The position numbers and the translations under genes are program-made. Of a DNA stretch of 64,000 bases, positions 56,539 to 64,000 are shown in pieces. The notes beneath the pieces were generated by a model. That model was given only the letters and a program-made list of their open reading frames with translations, made no database searches and was not told the origin of the DNA. This stretch comes from Terriglobia bacterium (GTDB lineage: Bacteria > Acidobacteriota > Terriglobia > 20CM-2-55-15): contig CBDAOY010000005.1 in NCBI GenBank assembly GCA_965198225.1, positions 128,001-192,000 of the forward strand, read 5' to 3'. How positions within the stretch are numbered: position 1 is the first letter of the stretch; each line of letters opens with the position of its first letter.

Positions 56539-57465
56539 CTAGTTGTTCGGAGCGGCACCCAGAGTCGATTTGAAGAACGATGCCGCCCGGCTCATGACGT
56601 CCTCATGCCACTGCTCGAGATTCCAGAAGGCATGGGGCGCATCGGGTATCGGTACCAGCCCGACGGAGGCCCCACGCTCCCTGTACTCTTCCGCCAGGCG
56701 CACCGATTGCCGATAAGGCACGGTCCGGTCGGTCCGGCTGTGGATCAGCAGGATCGGTGGCGAACCACCATGGACATGGGTGATGGGCGATGCCAGCCTC
56801 CAGAGCTGCTCATCAAACGGGCCGCCCATGAATGCCGAAATCTGACGACCTCCCGGGCCCGAGCCAAAATCCGCCGGAACAGCCATCGCGACAACTGCCT
56901 GCACCTCACTTGAAGCGTCCGGATTCCCGCCCTCGCCCTCCAGCTCGGAGATTGGGTAGCTCGTGCCGGCAAGAGCCGCCAGATGGGCGCCGGCAGAGCC
57001 ACCGATCGCTCCGATCCGATCCACATCGATCGCGTACTGCCCCCCGTTGGCCCTCATCCACCGTATCGCTGCCTTGACATCGTGAATCGCGGCTGGAAAC
57101 TTCGCCTCGCCGGAGGCACGGTATTCGATGGAGGCGGCAGCCAATCCTTCTTTGGCCAGGAAACCGGCGATGTGGGCAAAGCCCTCCTTGTCGCCCGAAC
57201 GCCAGCCACCTCCCCGGATGACGATCACACCCGGTGTCGGATCAACCAGGCCTTTCGGCAGGTACAGATCCAACTTCAATTGCCGATCTCCGTAGTTGGC
57301 GTAGGTCAGGTCGCGTACCACACGAACGGAGTCGGATAAGGTGAACTGGTAGCGCTCGGGACGTGTCTGACGGTCTTGCCGAGCGTCGCCTCTCAGAGGA
57401 AGCAGCATCGTTATAACCAGGATGCTGGCGAGCGAAACAAGAGCATGCGTGCGATGTGTCGGCAT
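56539..57465 (-). CDS. Alpha/beta hydrolase (HSL/BD-FAE-like esterase)
   Basis: KLDLYLP, RGGGW, GGSAGAH, D.TVP, HAF. Confidence 0.9.
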   Translation of the reverse strand: MPTHRTHALVSLASILVITMLLPLRGDARQDRQTRPERYQFTLSDSVRVVRDLTYANYGDRQLKLDLYLPKGLVDPTPGVIVIRGGGWRSGDKEGFAHIAGFLAKEGLAAASIEYRASGEAKFPAAIHDVKAAIRWMRANGGQYAIDVDRIGAIGGSAGAHLAALAGTSYPISELEGEGGNPDASSEVQAVVAMAVPADFGSGPGGRQISAFMGGPFDEQLWRLASPITHVHGGSPPILLIHSRTDRTVPYRQSVRLAEEYRERGASVGLVPIPDAPHAFWNLEQWHEDVMSRAASFFKSTLGAAPNN

Positions 57466-57533
57466 CGAATCAACTCCGGTGTCAGAACAACGTCATAGAA
57501 TCACCACAGTGGCTCATACAGTCATCTTCTGTC

Positions 57534-58591
57534 TCATCGACGAGGCTCGGAGGAATCGCTAACGGGTTTCATCAGGCCGTGTCTATTCAGAAAGTCCTGA
57601 ATCGTCGACAACGCATCGAGGTATCGGTCCCTCGAGAAGCCGCCATGCTCGCCGCCGGGAATCGTCAGCAGTTCGTTCGATACACCGGCCTTCTCTAATT
57701 CTTCATGAAGCCGCACGGCATGGCTGTATGGCACAATGGGATCCGCATCACCGTGAATCGTGAGAATGGGTGGCAGCCCCCCGCGGGCATAGTTCAACGG
57801 CGACACTCGCTCTCCAATCTCTTTCCGATTTGGCATGCTGCCCATCCATTCAACCGCGTAGCTCTTAACGTTCGACCCTTCGAGGAGGTCCGGAACGTCG
57901 GTAATACCGAACCAATTAATAATGGCCGCTACCTTGAGCTCCTCCATACCCGGGCACTGTCGATCCAGGCCAGCCGAGGCCGGCAGCATGCCGGTCGTCA
58001 GAGCCAGGTGGCCTCCGGCAGAATGACCACTGGTGACCAACCGATCGACATCAAACTGGTATTCTTCCGCATTCCGAATGACCCACCTCAAGGCGCACAA
58101 ACAGTCCTCGACCGCCGCCGGAGCCAGAGACACCGGTCCGAGGCGATACTCCACGTTGACCACGCTCCTCATAGGAATCCAGGCAACTGAATGTGCGGAC
58201 GTTGAAATTCGGTACTTGGTCACCAGACGACGGAACGTATACCACGGCGCGAACTCCATGACTTGTGCGAAGACCAGCTTGCCAGCGTGCATCGGTGAGA
58301 AAAGGAAGGAAGGTCAGAGCACTGGCTTCTTTGCTGCCCCGGACCCAGCCGCCGCCATGGATGTAGATCAGTGTGGAGGTTGGGTTCCGACACGTCCCGC
58401 GGAAGGTAGACATCGAGCTTCGCGTCCCAATTATCCGCCCTGAGGTACGTAATGTTGGGAACGATCCGGTATTCCCGTGCCAGATCAACCGCCGATATGG
58501 CGGCGTCGGAAAGCTGAGCCAGAGCCGTCGGGGCCAGCGAAAACGCGCCGATCGTCACGACGAGCAGAGCTACCGCTTTATTCTTGAACAT
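57534..58591 (-). pseudogene. Alpha/beta hydrolase disrupted by a frameshift and a transposase fragment
   Basis: KLDVYLP, IHGGGW and SVVNVEYRL..GHSAGGH..HGDAD..HG lie in different frames. Confidence 0.8.
58167..58296 (-). mobile_element. N-terminal fragment of an IS4-family (DUF4372) transposase
   Basis: MHAGKLVFAQVMEFAPWYTFRRLVTKYR + NFNVRTFSCLD. Confidence 0.75.
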
Positions 58592-58764
58592 AGTGTTCTC
58601 CTATTTGTCGATCAGCACCTGCGCCTCGTGCTGAAGGCGTTCTGCGGGAAACTGGCCAAATGGGACGGGAGGAAGGGGTTGGCGTCAATCAATCGGGCCA
58701 CAAGAGGGCAACAAACGAGCGACCTGACGGGCAAAGCCTCTGAGCTTTCCACTCCTGCGGGAAA

Positions 58765-59727
58765 CTAGTTGCGGTTTGAAGCGTCTTCTTTCGATGCGTC
58801 GAAAACACTCGTGCGCCAGGACTCGTGATCGGGCACACGGCCGCGGCAGATCGATTCGAGCCTTTCCCAGATGTCTGCCGTCAATCTTCCGATCCGGCCG
58901 TCACCAATCAATATGCCGTCAACCTCGGTAACCGGACGAATCTCCGCCATGGAACCCGCGAAGAAGATCTCCTCGGACACATAGAGCTCGGTGCGGTCGA
59001 CCGCGCGTTCGGCAACCTGCCTGCCCATGTTCCCCTGAGCGATCTCGATCACCGTCTCCCGCGTTATACTCTCGAGTATCCCTTCCGTGACTGCCGGAGT
59101 CCCGATGTTTCCATCGCGGACGAAGAAAATGGATTCACCGGCACCCTCTGAAACCTTACCGCCAGGGGTCAGGAAAATGACCTTGTCATAGCCTCCTGCC
59201 TGCACCTCCATCGAGCCGAGGCGTGAGTTCTGGTAATTGGACCCGCACTTGACCCGTGCCGGGATCGACTCGTCAGAAATCCGCCGGAATGAGCTCACAC
59301 CGGCCCGCACGACCTTCTCCTCCAGGCTCTTTGATGGGTTTGGCAATGCTGCGCACATCAAGGATACGGGGCCGGTACTGTCATACAGGCCCTGGCCCAG
59401 CAACAATGCACTGAGTCGGACGTGGATGTCCTCTCTCAGTTCGTTGGCGCGAATGGTTTCGAGGACGACCTCCTTCAGGTACGACTCCTCGAAATCCTGA
59501 TCGAACCGCATCAGCTTCATCGAGTTGCGAAGGCGGCGGAGGTGTTCGTCCAGGCGGAACACGAAGAGGTCGTCGTGCTCGGCGTTCCAGTAGGCCCGTA
59601 TCCCCTCGAAGACTGAAGTACCGTACTTCGCCGCGGGACTCAAGAAATGAACGGTCGCTTTTTCGGACGGAACGATCTCCCCATCGACACTCATGTATCG
59701 CGGGCTGGACATGTTCTGGAGCCTCAC
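58765..59727 (-). CDS. PLP-dependent aminotransferase class IV (branched-chain type)
   Basis: YGTSVFEGIRAY, HLRRL, K..SNY, SEG.GE, LESITR, GSMAE. Confidence 0.92.
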   Translation of the reverse strand: MRLQNMSSPRYMSVDGEIVPSEKATVHFLSPAAKYGTSVFEGIRAYWNAEHDDLFVFRLDEHLRRLRNSMKLMRFDQDFEESYLKEVVLETIRANELREDIHVRLSALLLGQGLYDSTGPVSLMCAALPNPSKSLEEKVVRAGVSSFRRISDESIPARVKCGSNYQNSRLGSMEVQAGGYDKVIFLTPGGKVSEGAGESIFFVRDGNIGTPAVTEGILESITRETVIEIAQGNMGRQVAERAVDRTELYVSEEIFFAGSMAEIRPVTEVDGILIGDGRIGRLTADIWERLESICRGRVPDHESWRTSVFDASKEDASNRN

Positions 59728-62700
59728 TTTGAACGGCGTTGGATGGTCGCCTCGTCGTCAACGCTTGCGTCGCTGGCAATAACCACACCGTAATCCTCAT
59801 CGGCCGCAGCGCGGGACACCAGCCCCAGGGCAACGTCGTTGGCCACCTTCCGGGGATCGCGTTCGAACGGGTCCCCAAAGCCACCTCCACCAGGTAGCTC
59901 GAGCCGCAGTCGGTCTCCCCTCGGGATCGTCTGGTTGCCCTTGCTGTGGCGGATCTCGCCGGACTGCAGGCCGGCGAACCCCGGCTTTCCGGGCCTGCCA
60001 CCGGCGCGGCCGCATGCGGGATGATCGATACGGTCAAACATCGCCTGGAAACTCATCGGTGCATCGACGGCCGAACCGATCTCGACCAGCTGGCCGACTC
60101 CGCCGCGGTACTGACCGGCTCCCCCGGAATCGGTACGAAGTTCCTTGCGCCAGAAGATGACGGGCGCCACCGCCTCCGCCGACTCGACGGGAATGTTCTT
60201 GATACCGGCAGGAAACGCAGTCGCGTTGAGTCCGTCTTTCTTAGCTCGAGCGCCCATACCGCCGCTCTGAAAATAGAACATCTCCCATGCCCGATGGATT
60301 CCGTCAAACCAGCTCTCACCGCGCAGATAAGGATTCCACATCATACCCGACTCGGCGAGGACGCTCTCGGGCGCCGCTTTGTAGAGACATCCCATCACCG
60401 TGTCGGGCAGGGCATGTCCGATGATGTGCCTGGCACTGACGGGGGCGGGCCAGCGGGGATTGAGTATCGATCCCTCGGGCGCCCCGACGGTAAACGGTTC
60501 GAGCGAACCGTGGTTGTTCGGAATGTCAGGGGCAACGACACATTTGAGCCCGAAGCACGTGTACGCCAGCGTATAGTTCAGGACCACGTTGATCCCATGT
60601 GGGCTCTGGGGGGAAGAGCCCTCGAAATCGACATGGATGGCGTTTTCCGATACCGTCATGGTCGCGTCGAGTTCGACGGGGCTGTCGTAACCGTCGATTG
60701 TCAGCCGGTTGTGGTAGACACCCTCCGGGATCCCGCGTAACGCCGCGATAGTCGCGTCCCGCGAATTCTCTATGATGTGCTCGGCCAGTTCGTCGAGCGT
60801 CTCGATGTCAAACTCTGCCATCATCCTGTTCAAGCACCGCGCGCATTCTTCGCCGGCAGCAGTCGTCGCAACCAGATCGCCCTCGACCTGAAGTGGCTCG
60901 CGGCTGTTGGCGAGCAGGATTTGCACCAGGGTTTCGTTGAGAACCCCTTCCCGCATGAGGTGCATGTGCGGAATCTAAAGCCCCTCCTCGTAAACCTGTC
61001 TGGCGTCGGTCCCCATGCCGCGCCCGCCGATGTCCGTCAAATGCACGGTGGCGGCGAACAGCCCAACAAGGCGACCCATACGGAAGGCGGGAGTCACGAG
61101 TGTGACATCGTTGAGATGGCCGGAAGCCTTCCACGGATGGTTCGTGATGTAACTGTCCCCCTCTTTCATCGAATCCGGAGGAAAGAATTCAAAGAAGTGC
61201 CGCACCGCCCGTGCCATCGTGTTGACGTGTCCCGGTGTTCCGGTGACCGCCTGGGCGAGCATCCGTCCTTTCGTGTCGAATACACCCGCCGAAAGATCGC
61301 CTCCTTCCCGGACGGGGGTGCTGAAGGCGGCGAAGACGAGCGTGTTGGCCTGCTCTTCCACGACAGCGATCAGCCGGTTCCACATGATCTGAAGGTTGAT
61401 GAGTGCCGGCCGACTGTCTTCCTCCTTCTCTTGACTCGCCGGTGCGCCTTGCTTCAGGCGGTTGCACTCGATGTAGCCGTACCGGTCGACCCGCGCGTCG
61501 AATCCGGAACTGACGACGGTCGAAGTCTCGCTCTCCATGATGATCGCGGGTCCTTGAATCTCGGCGCCGGGCTTCAAATCGGTGCGCTGATAGACGGGAA
61601 CCTGGACGAACCGGGAGCGACCGGCGTCGAATACCTGGCGTCTGGCCACGGGCTTCGGACTATAGGGAACCGGATCGGTCCCGACGGCCTCGAGCGGCCC
61701 ATCTATCGTGCGGACCCTGACGATCCATGTCAGAATTTCAACATCTGCTCCGCTCAAGATGCGTCCGTAGACGCGCTGGTACTCTCGCTCGAAGGTCTCT
61801 CTCAGGAAATCCCCATCCCTGTTGGTGAACACTCGGACCGGCATCTCGACCGCAATCTCATGGCCCTGGCCGAAATACCGCATGTACGCGATGCGTTTCT
61901 CCTCGAGCAACTGGCTGGAAGCGGCAGCCTCCACTACACGCGCCGCTTCGTCGCTCATCTCCGTCAACACCGCGTTCGTCGCTTCCAGGTCGATCGAACT
62001 CAGCAGCCCGTGATGGCTTCGGATGATTTCATAGGCAACCGGCGCCTGGAGGAAGCCTACGGCCGAACCGACACCGGCACTGGTGGGAATCAGGACGCGA
62101 TCGATGCCGATCTTTTCGGCGACCCGTGTGGCATGGAGGGGTCCACCGCCGCCGAACGCCACCAGCGTTCGCGTCGACGCTTCCTTGCCGCTTTCGACCG
62201 CATGGACTCGGGCGGCGCTCGCCATGGTTTCGTCGACGATCTCGCTCACCCCCAGAGCCGCCAACTCCACTGCCAGATCCAGGCGACTGCCAATCTCTTC
62301 CTGCAGCGCGTGTCGCGCGGCTTCGGTGTCGAGGGGGATGCGGCCTCCTGAAAAATTATCGGGATCGATTCGGCCGAGAACAACGTTGGCATCCGTGACG
62401 GTGGGTTCGAATCCACCGCGGTCATAACAAGCCGGGCCTGGCACGGAACCGGCGCTCCGGGGACCGACCGCAATTCGCTTCAGCGGATCGACCCGCGCGA
62501 TTGAGCCACCGCCCGCCCCGATTTCGACCATTTCGATGACCGGAATGCGCAGCGGCAGTCCGCTCCCCTTCTTGAAGCGGTAGACGCGGCCGACCTCAAA
62601 ACTCCGCGCCGTCTGGGGCCGTCCGTTGTCGATCAGACATATCTTGGCCGTCGTGCCACCCATATCGAACGAGACAACTTCGTCGAGGCCACATTGAGCA

Positions 62701-63545
62701 GCGATCAAACTAGAGAAGATCGCACCGCCGGCCGGGCCCGACTCCACAAGCCGAACGGGAAAACGCCGGCTGGTTTCGACCGTTGCCAATCCTCCGCCGG
62801 AAAGCATCATGAGCAGTGGGCAGGAAAACCGCCGTTTCCGGAGGTTTCGTTCAAGCCCGACCAGATAGCGGGCCATCGCGGGCTGGATGTAGGCGTTGGC
62901 GCAAGCGGTGGAGATGCGCTCGTACTCCCTCATCTCAGGCGCCACTTCCGACGACAGCGTGACGGCAAGATCGGGCAGGAGCGCTTTGAGAATCGCTCCA
63001 GCTCGACGCTCGTGGTCCGGATTGACGTAACTATGCAAGAATCCGACGGCAACCGACTCGACTCCAAGGCGTTCCAGATCTTCGGCAAGTCGCCGGACAG
63101 CCTCCTCGTCGAGTGGCAGGAGAATCTCTCCTCGCGCGCTGAGCCGCTCCGGGACCGTAAGACGAAGGTTTCTGGGTACGAGAGGATCGGGAAGATCCAG
63201 AAAGATGTCGTACTGCTCGAAGCGGTGCTCCAGCCGTATTTCGAGCGTGTCACGAAATCCTTCGGTCGTGATCAGAGCAGTCTTCGCACCGTTCCGCTCG
63301 ATCAGCGCATTGGTCGCAAGCGTCGTGCCGTGGATGATCAGGCGGACGTCGCCAGCATCGATTCCGGCGTGTCCGACAATTGTATCGATCGACTCCATGA
63401 CACCCTCTTCGGGCGCCGAATGGGTCGTCAGCACCTTGTCGGTATGCCGTTTGCCGTCGACTTCCAGCACAACGTCGGTGAAAGTTCCACCGATGTCCAC
63501 GCCGAGCCTTGCACGAGGGGTGGGATTGCCCATACCTTTCTCCAT
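59724..63545 (-). CDS. Hydantoinase A/B (5-oxoprolinase-like) fusion split by an in-frame TAG at 60975-60977
   Basis: DIGGTFTD, HGTT.ATNA, ESGPAGG, DMGGTT; B part SAGVFD, GHLND, EEGL*IP, GGAGQYRGG, PGGGGFG. Confidence 0.88.
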
Positions 63546-64000
63546 TCAGCGGAGTCGCAACTGTTCGGGCAGGAAAGTGACGACCTCGGGAAAGACGGTG
63601 ATGAAAATGGTCATGAGGATCATGATGGTCAGAAAGGGAAGCGTCGCGAAGAAGATCCTCGCGATCCGTTCCTGGGTCAGACCCTGAATGACGAACAGGT
63701 TGAAACCTACAGGGGGCGTCACCTGGGCCATCTCAATCGTGATGACCAAGAAGACACCGAACCAGATTTTATCGAACCCGGCCGCCTCGATGAGCGGGAG
63801 CGTGATCGGCAGCGTCATAACGATAGTCGACATGCCCTCCAGCACACAGCCGAGCATCAAATAAAAGAGGACCAGGACGAAGATCAGTTCGTAACGGCCA
63901 AGCTCGAGGGCCGCTATTGCCTCGGCCACAAGCCGCGGTATGCCCAAATACTCCATGGAAACGCCCAGGAAGGAGGCCGCGACCACGATCAGGCCGATCA
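63546..64000 (-). CDS. TRAP transporter large permease (DctM), 5' part outside the window
   Basis: IWFGV..IEMAQVTPPVGFNLFV..FPE. Confidence 0.9.
   Translation of the reverse strand, partial: IGLIVVAASFLGVSMEYLGIPRLVAEAIAALELGRYELIFVLVLFYLMLGCVLEGMSTIVMTLPITLPLIEAAGFDKIWFGVFLVITIEMAQVTPPVGFNLFVIQGLTQERIARIFFATLPFLTIMILMTIFITVFPEVVTFLPEQLRLR

Overview
GC-rich bacterial window, most likely Acidobacteriota (ADOP-type duplicated permease, acidobacterial-type PadR fragment, DUF1552/ankyrin pair). (1) 1-15.2 kb is a highly mosaic accessory region. Four copies of the 3' end of an ADOP permease gene (one in an intact gene, three orphan tails) each face a run of minus-strand cargo: Fic, AAA_14/DUF4143 ATPase, many type II toxin-antitoxin genes and their decayed duplicates, and a group II intron 3' remnant. 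(2) 15.3-25.7 kb holds a Dna2-like nuclease-helicase, 5'-nucleotidase, UdgB, an unannotated zinc-ribbon microprotein, a Kelch protein and tRNA-Leu(CAA). (3) 25.7-33 kb looks like a decayed island next to the tRNA, with a 1069-aa unknown protein. (4) 33-43 kb holds metabolic and transport genes punctuated by GTAG-type REP/REPIN elements. (5) 43-55 kb is a PspA + DUF350/DUF4178 + SpeD/membrane-SpeE + Tat flavoprotein + K+ channel cluster carrying three different MITEs, two of which share one core but have different terminal repeats. (6) 55-64 kb holds hydrolases, a class IV aminotransferase, a hydantoinase/oxoprolinase fusion with an in-frame amber codon, and a TRAP permease. Several single-lesion frameshifts may be assembly errors. 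All family calls come from reading motifs by eye; no database search was run.
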